Source: Macrostomum lignano
Lineage: Eukaryota
Length of the DNA: 64,000 bases
NCBI GenBank assembly: GCA_002269645.1
Contig: NIVC01004022.1
Location: 79-64,078 of the forward strand
Reading direction: 5' to 3'
A program made the position numbers and the translations under genes. The notes under the pieces are model-generated. The model was not told where the DNA came from. It ran no database searches and saw nothing but the letters and a program-made list of their open reading frames with translations. Of the stretch, positions 46,101-61,100 are shown in pieces (within the stretch, counting starts at the first letter, position 1; each line of letters starts with the position of its first letter).

Positions 46101-49100
46101 GTTTTCAGCTTCGTACTCACAATGGTTCCTGTCGAAGTACACTAAAGTACTTTCTGCATATTAATGTACTGAGCAGGGGGACTTGGGAGTCTGTAAGTTC
46201 GAGTAGGGAACAGATGGAGCCTTGGCGTCTTGTAGGCTTCTAGATTGATAATGTTTCCTTCCAGATCTCAGTTTTCAGCTTCGTACTCACAATGGTTCCT
46301 GTCGAAGTACACTAAAGTACTTTCTGCATATTAATGTACTGAGCAGGGGGGACTTGGGAGTCTGTAAGTTCGAGTAGGGAACAGATGGAGCCTTGGCGTC
46401 TTGTAGGCTTCTAGATTGATAATGTTTCCTTCCAGATCTCAGTTTTCAGCTTCGTACTCACAATGGTTCCTGTCGAAGTACACTAAAGTACTTTCTGCAT
46501 ATTAATGTACTGAGCAGGGGGACTTGGGAGTCTGTAAGTTCGAGTAGGGAACAGATGGAGCCTTGGCGTCTTGTAGGCTTCTAGATTGATAATGTTTCCT
46601 TCCAGATCTCAGTTTTCAGCTTCGTACTCACAATGGTTCCTGTCGAAGTACACTAAAGTACTTTCTGCATATTAATGTACTGAGCAGGGGGGACTTGGGA
46701 GTCTGTAAGTTCGAGTAGGGAACAGATGGAGCCTTGGCGTCTTGTAGGCTTCTAGATTGATAATGTTTCCTTCCAGATCTCAGTTTTCAGCTTCGTACTC
46801 ACAATGGTTCCTGTCGAAGTACACTAAAGTACTTTCTGCATATTAATGTACTGAGCAGGGGGGACTTGGGAGTCTGTAAGTTCGAGTAGGGAACAGATGG
46901 AGCCTTGGCGTCTTGTAGGCTTCTAGATTGATAATGTTTCCTTCCAGATCTCAGTTTTCAGCTTCGTACTCACAATGGTTCCTGTCGAAGTACACTAAAG
47001 TACTTTCTGCATATGTACTGAGCAGGGGGACTTGGGAGTCTGTAAGTTCGAGTAGGGAACAGATGGAGCCTTGGCGTCTTGTAGGCTTCTAGATTGATAA
47101 TGTTTCCTTCCAGATCTCAGTTTTCAGCTTCGTACTCACAATGGTTCCTGTCGAAGTACACTAAAGTACTTTCTGCATATTAATGTACTGAGCAGGGGGG
47201 ACTTGGGAGTCTGTAAGTTCGAGTAGGGAACAGATGGAGCCTTGGCGTCTTGTAGGCTTCTAGATTGATAATGTTTCCTTCCAGATCTCAGTTTTCAGCT
47301 TCGTACTCACAATGGTTCCTGTCGAAGTACACTAAAGTACTTTCTGCATATTAATGTACTGAGCAGGGGGGACTTGGGAGTCTGTAAGTTCGAGTAGGGA
47401 ACAGATGGAGCCTTGGCGTCTTGTAGGCTTCTAGATTGATAATGTTTCCTTCCAGATCTCAGTTTTCAGCTTCGTACTCACAATGGTTCCTGTCGAAGTA
47501 CACTAAAGTACTTTCTGCATATGTACTGAGCAGGGGGGACTTGGGAGTCTGTAAGTTCGAGTAGGGAACAGATGGAGCCTTGGCGTCTTGTAGGCTTCTA
47601 GATTGATAATGTTTCCTTCCAGATCTCAGTTTTCAGCTTCGTACTCACAATGGTTCCTGTCGAAGTACACTAAAGTACTTTCTGCATATTAATGTACTGA
47701 GCAGGGGGGACTTGGGAGTCTGTAAGTTCGAGTAGGGAACAGATGGAGCCTTGGCGTCTTGTAGGCTTCTAGATTGATAATGTTTCCTTCCAGATCTCAG
47801 TTTTCAGCTTCGTACTCACAATGGTTCCTGTCGAAGTACACTAAAGTACTTTCTGCATATTAATGTACTGAGCAGGGGGGACTTGGGAGTCTGTAAGTTC
47901 GAGTAGGGAACAGATGGAGCCTTGGCGTCTTGTAGGCTTCTAGATTGATAATGTTTCCTTCCAGATCTCAGTTTTCAGCTTCGTACTCACAATGGTTCCT
48001 GTCGAAGTACACTAAAGTACTTTCTGCATATTAATGTACTGAGCAGGGGGGACTTGGGAGTCTGTAAGTTCGAGTAGGGAACAGATGGAGCCTTGGCGTC
48101 TTGTAGGCTTCTAGATTGATAATGTTTCCTTCCAGATCTCAGTTTTCAGCTTCGTACTCACAATGGTTCCTGTCGAAGTACACTAAAGTACTTTCTGCAT
48201 ATTAATGTACTGAGCAGGGGGGACTTGGGAGTCTGTAAGTTCGAGTAGGGAACAGATGGAGCCTTGGCGTCTTGTAGGCTTCTAGATTGATAATGTTTCC
48301 TTCCAGATCTCAGTTTTCAGCTTCGTACTCACAATGGTTCTGTCGAAGTACACTAAAGTACTTTCTGCATATTAATGTACTGAGCAGGGGGGACTTGGGA
48401 GTCTGTAAGTTCGAGTAGGGAACAGATGGAGCCTTGGCGTCTTGTAGGCTTCTAGATTGATAATGTTTCCTTCCAGATCTCAGTTTTCAGCTTCGTACTC
48501 ACAATGGTTCTGTCGAAGTACACTAAAGTACTTTCTGCATATTAATGTACTGAGCAGGGGGACTTGGGAGTCTGTAAGTTCGAGTAGGGAACAGATGGAG
48601 CCTTGGCGTCTTGTAGGCTTCTAGATTGATAATGTTTCCTTCCAGATCTCAGTTTTCAGCTTCGTACTCACAATGGTTCCTGTCGAAGTACACTAAAGTA
48701 CTTTCTGCATATTAATGTACTGAGCAGGGGGGACTTGGGAGTCTGTAAGTTCGAGTAGGGAACAGATGGAGCCTTGGCGTCTTGTAGGCTTCTAGATTGA
48801 TAATGTTTCCTTCCAGATCTCAGTTTTCAGCTTCGTACTCACAATGGTTCTGTCGAAGTACACTAAAGTACTTTCTGCATATTAATGTACTGAGCAGGGG
48901 GACTTGGGAGTCTGTAAGTTCGAGTAGGGAACAGATGGAGCCTTGGCGTCTTGTAGGCTTCTAGATTGATAATGTTTCCTTCCAGATCTCAGTTTTCAGC
49001 TTCGTACTCACAATGGTTCTGTCGAAGTACACTAAAGTACTTTCTGCATATTAATGTACTGAGCAGGGGGGACTTGGGAGTCTGTAAGTTCGAGTAGGGA

Positions 49101-52100
49101 ACAGATGGAGCCTTGGCGTCTTGTAGGCTTCTAGATTGATAATGTTTCCTTCCAGATCTCAGTTTTCAGCTTCGTACTCACAATGGTTCTGTCGAAGTAC
49201 ACTAAAGTACTTTCTGCATATTAATGTACTGAGCAGGGGGGACTTGGGAGTCTGTAAGTTCGAGTAGGGAACAGATGGAGCCTTGGCGTCTTGTAGGCTT
49301 CTAGATTGATAATGTTTCCTTCCAGATCTCAGTTTTCAGCTTCGTACTCACAATGGTTCTGTCGAAGTACACTAAAGTACTTTCTGCATATTAATGTACT
49401 GAGCAGGGGGACTTGGGAGTCTGTAAGTTCGAGTAGGGAACAGATGGAGCCTTGGCGTCTTGTAGGCTTCTAGATTGATAATGTTTCCTTCCAGATCTCA
49501 GTTTTCAGCTTCGTACTCACAATGGTTCTGTCGAAGTACACTAAAGTACTTTCTGCATATTAATGTACTGAGCAGGGGGGACTTGGGAGTCTGTAAGTTC
49601 GAGTAGGGAACAGATGGAGCCTTGGCGTCTTGTAGGCTTCTAGATTGATAATGTTTCCTTCCAGATCTCAGTTTTCAGCTTCGTACTCACAATGGTTCTG
49701 TCGAAGTACACTAAAGTACTTTCTGCATATTAATGTACTGAGCAGGGGGGACTTGGGAGTCTGTAAGTTCGAGTAGGGAACAGATGGAGCCTTGGCGTCT
49801 TGTAGGCTTCTAGATTGATAATGTTTCCTTCCAGATCTCAGTTTTCAGCTTCGTACTCACAATGGTTCTGTCGAAGTACACTAAAGTACTTTCTGCATAT
49901 TAATGTACTGAGCAGGGGGGACTTGGGAGTCTGTAAGTTCGAGTAGGGAACAGATGGAGCCTTGGCGTCTTGTAGGCTTCTAGATTGATAATGTTTCCTT
50001 CCAGATCTCAGTTTTCAGCTTCGTACTCACAATGGTTCTGTCGAAGTACACTAAAGTACTTTCTGCATATTAATGTACTGAGCAGGGGGGACTTGGGAGT
50101 CTGTAAGTTCGAGTAGGGAACAGATGGAGCCTTGGCGTCTTGTAGGCTTCTAGATTGATAATGTTTCCTTCCAGATCTCAGTTTTCAGCTTCGTACTCAC
50201 AATGGTTCTGTCGAAGTACACTAAAGTACTTTCTGCATATTAATGTACTGAGCAGGGGGGACTTGGGAGTCTGTAAGTTCGAGTAGGGAACAGATGGAGC
50301 CTTGGCGTCTTGTAGGCTTCTAGATTGATAATGTTTCCTTCCAGATCTCAGTTTTCAGCTTCGTACTCACAATGGTTCTGTCGAAGTACACTAAAGTACT
50401 TTCTGCATATTAATGTACTGAGCAGGGGGGACTTGGGAGTCTGTAAGTTCGAGTAGGGAACAGATGGAGCCTTGGCGTCTTGTAGGCTTCTAGATTGATA
50501 ATGTTTCCTTCCAGATCTCAGTTTTCAGCTTCGTACTCACAATGGTTCTTGTCGAAGTACACTAAAGTACTTTCTGCATATTAATGTACTGAGCAGGGGG
50601 GACTTGGGAGTCTGTAAGTTCGAGTAGGGAACAGATGGAGCCTTGGCGTCTTGTAGGCTTCTAGATTGATAATGTTTCCTTCCAGATCTCAGTTTTCAGC
50701 TTCGTACTCACAATGGTTCTGTCGAAGTACACTAAAGTACTTTCTGCATATTAATGTACTGAGCAGGGGGGACTTGGGAGTCTGTAAGTTCGAGTAGGGA
50801 ACAGATGGAGCCTTGGCGTCTTGTAGGCTTCTAGATTGATAATGTTTCCTTCCAGATCTCAGTTTTCAGCTTCGTACTCACAATGGTTCTGTCGAAGTAC
50901 ACTAAAGTACTTTCTGCATATTAATGTACTGAGCAGGGGGGACTTGGGAGTCTGTAAGTTCGAGTAGGGAACAGATGGAGCCTTGGCGTCTTGTAGGCTT
51001 CTAGATTGATAATGTTTCCTTCCAGATCTCAGTTTTCAGCTTCGTACTCACAATGGTTCTTGTCGAAGTACACTAAAGTACTTTCTGCATATTAATGTAC
51101 TGAGCAGGGGGGACTTGGGAGTCTGTAAGTTCGAGTAGGGAACAGATGGAGCCTTGGCGTCTTGTAGGCTTCTAGATTGATAATGTTTCCTTCCAGATCT
51201 CAGTTTTCAGCTTCGTACTCACAATGGTTCTGTCGAAGTACACTAAAGTACTTTCTGCATATTAATGTACTGAGCAGGGGGGACTTGGGAGTCTGTAAGT
51301 TCGAGTAGGGAACAGATGGAGCCTTGGCGTCTTGTAGGCTTCTAGATTGATAATGTTTCCTTCCAGATCTCAGTTTTCAGCTTCGTACTCACAATGGTTC
51401 TGTCGAAGTACACTAAAGTACTTTCTGCATATTAATGTACTGAGCAGGGGGGACTTGGGAGTCTGTAAGTTCGAGTAGGGAACAGATGGAGCCTTGGCGT
51501 CTTGTAGGCTTCTAGATTGATAATGTTTCCTTCCAGATCTCAGTTTTCAGCTTCGTACTCACAATGGTTCTGTCGAAGTACACTAAAGTACTTTCTGCAT
51601 ATTAATGTACTGAGCAGGGGGGACTTGGGAGTCTGTAAGTTCGAGTAGGGAACAGATGGAGCCTTGGCGTCTTGTAGGCTTCTAGATTGATAATGTTTCC
51701 TTCCAGATCTCAGTTTTCAGCTTCGTACTCACAATGGTTCTGTCGAAGTACACTAAAGTACTTTCTGCATATTAATGTACTGAGCAGGGGGGACTTGGGA
51801 GTCTGTAAGTTCGAGTAGGGAACAGATGGAGCCTTGGCGTCTTGTAGGCTTCTAGATTGATAATGTTTCCTTCCAGATCTCAGTTTTCAGCTTCGTACTC
51901 ACAATGGTTCTGTCGAAGTACACTAAAGTACTTTCTGCATATTAATGTACTGAGCAGGGGGGACTTGGGAGTCTGTAAGTTCGAGTAGGGAACAGATGGA
52001 GCCTTGGCGTCTTGTAGGCTTCTAGATTGATAATGTTTCCTTCCAGATCTCAGTTTTCAGCTTCGTACTCACAATGGTTCTGTCGAAGTACACTAAAGTA

Positions 52101-55100
52101 CTTTCTGCATATTAATGTACTGAGCAGGGGGGACTTGGGAGTCTGTAAGTTCGAGTAGGGAACAGATGGAGCCTTGGCGTCTTGTAGGCTTCTAGATTGA
52201 TAATGTTTCCTTCCAGATCTCAGTTTTCAGCTTCGTACTCACAATGGTTCTTGTCGAAGTACACTAAAGTACTTTCTGCATATTAATGTACTGAGCAGGG
52301 GGGACTTGGGAGTCTGTAAGTTCGAGTAGGGAACAGATGGAGCCTTGGCGTCTTGTAGGCTTCTAGATTGATAATGTTTCCTTCCAGATCTCAGTTTTCA
52401 GCTTCGTACTCACAATGGTTCTTGTCGAAGTACACTAAAGTACTTTCTGCATATTAATGTACTGAGCAGGGGGGACTTGGGAGTCTGTAAGTTCGAGTAG
52501 GGAACAGATGGAGCCTTGGCGTCTTGTAGGCTTCTAGATTGATAATGTTTCCTTCCAGATCTCAGTTTTCAGCTTCGTACTCACAATGGTTCTTGTCGAA
52601 GTACACTAAAGTACTTTCTGCATATTAATGTACTGAGCAGGGGGGACTTGGGAGTCTGTAAGTTCGAGTAGGGAACAGATGGAGCCTTGGCGTCTTGTAG
52701 GCTTCTAGATTGATAATGTTTCCTTCCAGATCTCAGTTTTCAGCTTCGTACTCACAATGGTTCTTGTCGAAGTACACTAAAGTACTTTCTGCATATTAAT
52801 GTACTGAGCAGGGGGGACTTGGGAGTCTGTAAGTTCGAGTAGGGAACAGATGGAGCCTTGGCGTCTTGTAGGCTTCTAGATTGATAATGTTTCCTTCCAG
52901 ATCTCAGTTTTCAGCTTCGTACTCACAATGGTTCTTGTCGAAGTACACTAAAGTACTTTCTGCATATTAATGTACTGAGCAGGGGGGACTTGGGAGTCTG
53001 TAAGTTCGAGTAGGGAACAGATGGAGCCTTGGCGTCTTGTAGGCTTCTAGATTGATAATGTTTCCTTCCAGATCTCAGTTTTCAGCTTCGTACTCACAAT
53101 GGTTCTGTCGAAGTACACTAAAGTACTTTCTGCATATTAATGTACTGAGCAGGGGGGACTTGGGAGTCTGTAAGTTCGAGTAGGGAACAGATGGAGCCTT
53201 GGCGTCTTGTAGGCTTCTAGATTGATAATGTTTCCTTCCAGATCTCAGTTTTCAGCTTCGTACTCACAATGGTTCTGTCGAAGTACACTAAAGTACTTTC
53301 TGCATATTAATGTACTGAGCAGGGGGGACTTGGGAGTCTGTAAGTTCGAGTAGGGAACAGATGGAGCCTTGGCGTCTTGTAGGCTTCTAGATTGATAATG
53401 TTTCCTTCCAGATCTCAGTTTTCAGCTTCGTACTCACAATGGTTCTGTCGAAGTACACTAAAGTACTTTCTGCATATTAATGTACTGAGCAGGGGGGACT
53501 TGGGAGTCTGTAAGTTCGAGTAGGGAACAGATGGAGCCTTGGCGTCTTGTAGGCTTCTAGATTGATAATGTTTCCTTCCAGATCTCAGTTTTCAGCTTCG
53601 TACTCACAATGGTTCTGTCGAAGTACACTAAAGTACTTTCTGCATATTAATGTACTGAGCAGGGGGGACTTGGGAGTCTGTAAGTTCGAGTAGGGAACAG
53701 ATGGAGCCTTGGCGTCTTGTAGGCTTCTAGATTGATAATGTTTCCTTCCAGATCTCAGTTTTCAGCTTCGTACTCACAATGGTTCTGTCGAAGTACACTA
53801 AAGTACTTTCTGCATATTAATGTACTGAGCAGGGGGGACTTGGGAGTCTGTAAGTTCGAGTAGGGAACAGATGGAGCCTTGGCGTCTTGTAGGCTTCTAG
53901 ATTGATAATGTTTCCTTCCAGATCTCAGTTTTCAGCTTCGTACTCACAATGGTTCTGTCGAAGTACACTAAAGTACTTTCTGCATATTAATGTACTGAGC
54001 AGGGGGGACTTGGGAGTCTGTAAGTTCGAGTAGGGAACAGATGGAGCCTTGGCGTCTTGTAGGCTTCTAGATTGATAATGTTTCCTTCCAGATCTCAGTT
54101 TTCAGCTTCGTACTCACAATGGTTCTGTCGAAGTACACTAAAGTACTTTCTGCATATTAATGTACTGAGCAGGGGGGACTTGGGAGTCTGTAAGTTCGAG
54201 TAGGGAACAGATGGAGCCTTGGCGTCTTGTAGGCTTCTAGATTGATAATGTTTCCTTCCAGATCTCAGTTTTCAGCTTCGTACTCACAATGGTTCTGTCG
54301 AAGTACACTAAAGTACTTTCTGCATATTAATGTACTGAGCAGGGGGGACTTGGGAGTCTGTAAGTTCGAGTAGGGAACAGATGGAGCCTTGGCGTCTTGT
54401 AGGCTTCTAGATTGATAATGTTTCCTTCCAGATCTCAGTTTTCAGCTTCGTACTCACAATGGTTCTGTCGAAGTACACTAAAGTACTTTCTGCATATTAA
54501 TGTACTGAGCAGGGGGACTTGGGAGTCTGTAAGTTCGAGTAGGGAACAGATGGAGCCTTGGCGTCTTGTAGGCTTCTAGATTGATAATGTTTCCTTCCAG
54601 ATCTCAGTTTTCAGCTTCGTACTCACAATGGTTCTGTCGAAGTACACTAAAGTACTTTCTGCATATTAATGTACTGAGCAGGGGGGACTTGGGAGTCTGT
54701 AAGTTCGAGTAGGGAACAGATGGAGCCTTGGCGTCTTGTAGGCTTCTAGATTGATAATGTTTCCTTCCAGATCTCAGTTTTCAGCTTCGTACTCACAATG
54801 GTTCTGTCGAAGTACACTAAAGTACTTTCTGCATATTAATGTACTGAGCAGGGGGGACTTGGGAGTCTGTAAGTTCGAGTAGGGAACAGATGGAGCCTTG
54901 GCGTCTTGTAGGCTTCTAGATTGATAATGTTTCCTTCCAGATCTCAGTTTTCAGCTTCGTACTCACAATGGTTCTTGTCGAAGTACACTAAAGTACTTTC
55001 TGCATATTAATGTACTGAGCAGGGGGACTTGGGAGTCTGTAAGTTCGAGTAGGGAACAGATGGAGCCTTGGCGTCTTGTAGGCTTCTAGATTGATAATGT

Positions 55101-58100
55101 TTCCTTCCAGATCTCAGTTTTCAGCTTCGTACTCACAATGGTTCTGTCGAAGTACACTAAAGTACTTTCTGCATATTAATGTACTGAGCAGGGGGGACTT
55201 GGGAGTCTGTAAGTTCGAGTAGGGAACAGATGGAGCCTTGGCGTCTTGTAGGCTTCTAGATTGATAATGTTTCCTTCCAGATCTCAGTTTTCAGCTTCGT
55301 ACTCACAATGGTTCTTGTCGAAGTACACTAAAGTACTTTCTGCATATTAATGTACTGAGCAGGGGGGACTTGGGAGTCTGTAAGTTCGAGTAGGGAACAG
55401 ATGGAGCCTTGGCGTCTTGTAGGCTTCTAGATTGATAATGTTTCCTTCCAGATCTCAGTTTTCAGCTTCGTACTCACAATGGTTCTGTCGAAGTACACTA
55501 AAGTACTTTCTGCATATTAATGTACTGAGCAGGGGGGACTTGGGAGTCTGTAAGTTCGAGTAGGGAACAGATGGAGCCTTGGCGTCTTGTAGGCTTCTAG
55601 ATTGATAATGTTTCCTTCCAGATCTCAGTTTTCAGCTTCGTACTCACAATGGTTCTGTCGAAGTACACTAAAGTACTTTCTGCATATTAATGTACTGAGC
55701 AGGGGGGACTTGGGAGTCTGTAAGTTCGAGTAGGGAACAGATGGAGCCTTGGCGTCTTGTAGGCTTCTAGATTGATAATGTTTCCTTCCAGATCTCAGTT
55801 TTCAGCTTCGTACTCACAATGGTTCTGTCGAAGTACACTAAAGTACTTTCTGCATATTAATGTACTGAGCAGGGGGACTTGGGAGTCTGTAAGTTCGAGT
55901 AGGGAACAGATGGAGCCTTGGCGTCTTGTAGGCTTCTAGATTGATAATGTTTCCTTCCAGATCTCAGTTTTCAGCTTCGTACTCACAATGGTTCTGTCGA
56001 AGTACACTAAAGTACTTTCTGCATATTAATGTACTGAGCAGGGGGGACTTGGGAGTCTGTAAGTTCGAGTAGGGAACAGATGGAGCCTTGGCGTCTTGTA
56101 GGCTTCTAGATTGATAATGTTTCCTTCCAGATCTCAGTTTTCAGCTTCGTACTCACAATGGTTCTGTCGAAGTACACTAAAGTACTTTCTGCATATTAAT
56201 GTACTGAGCAGGGGGGACTTGGGAGTCTGTAAGTTCGAGTAGGGAACAGATGGAGCCTTGGCGTCTTGTAGGCTTCTAGATTGATAATGTTTCCTTCCAG
56301 ATCTCAGTTTTCAGCTTCGTACTCACAATGGTTCTGTCGAAGTACACTAAAGTACTTTCTGCATATTAATGTACTGAGCAGGGGGGACTTGGGAGTCTGT
56401 AAGTTCGAGTAGGGAACAGATGGAGCCTTGGCGTCTTGTAGGCTTCTAGATTGATAATGTTTCCTTCCAGATCTCAGTTTTCAGCTTCGTACTCACAATG
56501 GTTCTGTCGAAGTACACTAAAGTACTTTCTGCATATTAATGTACTGAGCAGGGGGGACTTGGGAGTCTGTAAGTTCGAGTAGGGAACAGATGGAGCCTTG
56601 GCGTCTTGTAGGCTTCTAGATTGATAATGTTTCCTTCCAGATCTCAGTTTTCAGCTTCGTACTCACAATGGTTCTTGTCGAAGTACACTAAAGTACTTTC
56701 TGCATATTAATGTACTGAGCAGGGGGGACTTGGGAGTCTGTAAGTTCGAGTAGGGAACAGATGGAGCCTTGGCGTCTTGTAGGCTTCTAGATTGATAATG
56801 TTTCCTTCCAGATCTCAGTTTTCAGCTTCGTACTCACAATGGTTCTGTCGAAGTACACTAAAGTACTTTCTGCATATTAATGTACTGAGCAGGGGGACTT
56901 GGGAGTCTGTAAGTTCGAGTAGGGAACAGATGGAGCCTTGGCGTCTTGTAGGCTTCTAGATTGATAATGTTTCCTTCCAGATCTCAGTTTTCAGCTTCGT
57001 ACTCACAATGGTTCTTCGAAGTACACTAAAGTACTTTCTGCATATTAATGTACTGAGCAGGGGGGACTTGGGAGTCTGTAAGTTCGAGTAGGGAACAGAT
57101 GGAGCCTTGGCGTCTTGTAGGCTTCTAGATTGATAATGTTTCCTTCCAGATCTCAGTTTTCAGCTTCGTACTCACAATGGTTCTGTCGAAGTACACTAAA
57201 GTACTTTCTGCATATTAATGTACTGAGCAGGGGGGACTTGGGAGTCTGTAAGTTCGAGTAGGGAACAGATGGAGCCTTGGCGTCTTGTAGGCTTCTAGAT
57301 TGATAATGTTTCCTTCCAGATCTCAGTTTTCAGCTTCGTACTCACAATGGTTCTTGTCGAAGTACACTAAAGTACTTTCTGCATATTAATGTACTGAGCA
57401 GGGGGGACTTGGGAGTCTGTAAGTTCGAGTAGGGAACAGATGGAGCCTTGGCGTCTTGTAGGCTTCTAGATTGATAATGTTTCCTTCCAGATCTCAGTTT
57501 TCAGCTTCGTACTCACAATGGTTCTGTCGAAGTACACTAAAGTACTTTCTGCATATTAATGTACTGAGCAGGGGGGACTTGGGAGTCTGTAAGTTCGAGT
57601 AGGGAACAGATGGAGCCTTGGCGTCTTGTAGGCTTCTAGATTGATAATGTTTCCTTCCAGATCTCAGTTTTCAGCTTCGTACTCACAATGGTTCTTGTCG
57701 AAGTACACTAAAGTACTTTCTGCATATTAATGTACTGAGCAGGGGGGACTTGGGAGTCTGTAAGTTCGAGTAGGGAACAGATGGAGCCTTGGCGTCTTGT
57801 AGGCTTCTAGATTGATAATGTTTCCTTCCAGATCTCAGTTTTCAGCTTCGTACTCACAATGGTTCTTGTCGAAGTACACTAAAGTACTTTCTGCATATTA
57901 ATGTACTGAGCAGGGGGGACTTGGGAGTCTGTAAGTTCGAGTAGGGAACAGATGGAGCCTTGGCGTCTTGTAGGCTTCTAGATTGATAATGTTTCCTTCC
58001 AGATCTCAGTTTTCAGCTTCGTACTCACAATGGTTCTGTCGAAGTACACTAAAGTACTTTCTGCATATTAATGTACTGAGCAGGGGGGACTTGGGAGTCT

Positions 58101-61100
58101 GTAAGTTCGAGTAGGGAACAGATGGAGCCTTGGCGTCTTGTAGGCTTCTAGATTGATAATGTTTCCTTCCAGATCTCAGTTTTCAGCTTCGTACTCACAA
58201 TGGTTCTGTCGAAGTACACTAAAGTACTTTCTGCATATTAATGTACTGAGCAGGGGGGACTTGGGAGTCTGTAAGTTCGAGTAGGGAACAGATGGAGCCT
58301 TGGCGTCTTGTAGGCTTCTAGATTGATAATGTTTCCTTCCAGATCTCAGTTTTCAGCTTCGTACTCACAATGGTTCTGTCGAAGTACACTAAAGTACTTT
58401 CTGCATATTAATGTACTGAGCAGGGGGGACTTGGGAGTCTGTAAGTTCGAGTAGGGAACAGATGGAGCCTTGGCGTCTTGTAGGCTTCTAGATTGATAAT
58501 GTTTCCTTCCAGATCTCAGTTTTCAGCTTCGTACTCACAATGGTTCTGTCGAAGTACACTAAAGTACTTTCTGCATATTAATGTACTGAGCAGGGGGGAC
58601 TTGGGAGTCTGTAAGTTCGAGTAGGGAACAGATGGAGCCTTGGCGTCTTGTAGGCTTCTAGATTGATAATGTTTCCTTCCAGATCTCAGTTTTCAGCTTC
58701 GTACTCACAATGGTTCTGTCGAAGTACACTAAAGTACTTTCTGCATATTAATGTACTGAGCAGGGGGGACTTGGGAGTCTGTAAGTTCGAGTAGGGAACA
58801 GATGGAGCCTTGGCGTCTTGTAGGCTTCTAGATTGATAATGTTTCCTTCCAGATCTCAGTTTTCAGCTTCGTACTCACAATGGTTCTGTCGAAGTACACT
58901 AAAGTACTTTCTGCATATTAATGTACTGAGCAGGGGGGACTTGGGAGTCTGTAAGTTCGAGTAGGGAACAGATGGAGCCTTGGCGTCTTGTAGGCTTCTA
59001 GATTGATAATGTTTCCTTCCAGATCTCAGTTTTCAGCTTCGTACTCACAATGGTTCTGTCGAAGTACACTAAAGTACTTTCTGCATATTAATGTACTGAG
59101 CAGGGGGGACTTGGGAGTCTGTAAGTTCGAGTAGGGAACAGATGGAGCCTTGGCGTCTTGTAGGCTTCTAGATTGATAATGTTTCCTTCCAGATCTCAGT
59201 TTTCAGCTTCGTACTCACAATGGTTCTGTCGAAGTACACTAAAGTACTTTCTGCATATTAATGTACTGAGCAGGGGGACTTGGGAGTCTGTAAGTTCGAG
59301 TAGGGAACAGATGGAGCCTTGGCGTCTTGTAGGCTTCTAGATTGATAATGTTTCCTTCCAGATCTCAGTTTTCAGCTTCGTACTCACAATGGTTCTGTCG
59401 AAGTACACTAAAGTACTTTCTGCATATTAATGTACTGAGCAGGGGGGACTTGGGAGTCTGTAAGTTCGAGTAGGGAACAGATGGAGCCTTGGCGTCTTGT
59501 AGGCTTCTAGATTGATAATGTTTCCTTCCAGATCTCAGTTTTCAGCTTCGTACTCACAATGGTTCTGTCGAAGTACACTAAAGTACTTTCTGCATATTAA
59601 TGTACTGAGCAGGGGGACTTGGGAGTCTGTAAGTTCGAGTAGGGAACAGATGGAGCCTTGGCGTCTTGTAGGCTTCTAGATTGATAATGTTTCCTTCCAG
59701 ATCTCAGTTTTCAGCTTCGTACTCACAATGGTTCTGTCGAAGTACACTAAAGTACTTTCTGCATATGTACTGAGCAGGGGGGACTTGGGAGTCTGTAAGT
59801 TCGAGTAGGGAACAGATGGAGCCTTGGCGTCTTGTAGGCTTCTAGATTGATAATGTTTCCTTCCAGATCTCAGTTTTCAGCTTCGTACTCACAATGGTTC
59901 CTGTCGAAGTACACTAAAGTACTTTCTGCATATGTACTGAGCAGGGGGGACTTGGGAGTCTGTAAGTTCGAGTAGGGAACAGATGGAGCCTTGGCGTCTT
60001 GTAGGCTTCTAGATTGATAATGTTTCCTTCCAGATCTCAGTTTTCAGCTTCGTACTCACAATGGTTCTTGTCGAAGTACACTAAAGTACTTTCTGCATAT
60101 TAATGTACTGAGCAGGGGGGACTTGGGAGTCTGTAAGTTCGAGTAGGGAACAGATGGAGCCTTGGCGTCTTGTAGGCTTCTAGATTGATAATGTTTCCTT
60201 CCAGATCTCAGTTTTCAGCTTCGTACTCACAATGGTTCTTGTCGAAGTACACTAAAGTACTTTCTGCATATTAATGTACTGAGCAGGGGGACTTGGGAGT
60301 CTGTAAGTTCGAGTAGGGAACAGATGGAGCCTTGGCGTCTTGTAGGCTTCTAGATTGATAATGTTTCCTTCCAGATCTCAGTTTTCAGCTTCGTACTCAC
60401 AATGGTTCTGTCGAAGTACACTAAAGTACTTTCTGCATATTAATGTACTGAGCAGGGGGGACTTGGGAGTCTGTAAGTTCGAGTAGGGAACAGATGGAGC
60501 CTTGGCGTCTTGTAGGCTTCTAGATTGATAATGTTTCCTTCCAGATCTCAGTTTTCAGCTTCGTACTCACAATGGTTCTTGTCGAAGTACACTAAAGTAC
60601 TTTCTGCATATTAATGTACTGAGCAGGGGGACTTGGGAGTCTGTAAGTTCGAGTAGGGAACAGATGGAGCCTTGGCGTCTTGTAGGCTTCTAGATTGATA
60701 ATGTTTCCTTCCAGATCTCAGTTTTCAGCTTCGTACTCACAATGGTTCTGTCGAAGTACACTAAAGTACTTTCTGCATATTAATGTACTGAGCAGGGGGG
60801 ACTTGGGAGTCTGTAAGTTCGAGTAGGGAACAGATGGAGCCTTGGCGTCTTGTAGGCTTCTAGATTGATAATGTTTCCTTCCAGATCTCAGTTTTCAGCT
60901 TCGTACTCACAATGGTTCCTGTCGAAGTACACTAAAGTACTTTCTGCATATTAATGTACTGAGCAGGGGGGACTTGGGAGTCTGTAAGTTCGAGTAGGGA
61001 ACAGATGGAGCCTTGGCGTCTTGTAGGCTTCTAGATTGATAATGTTTCCTTCCAGATCTCAGTTTTCAGCTTCGTACTCACAATGGTTCTGTCGAAGTAC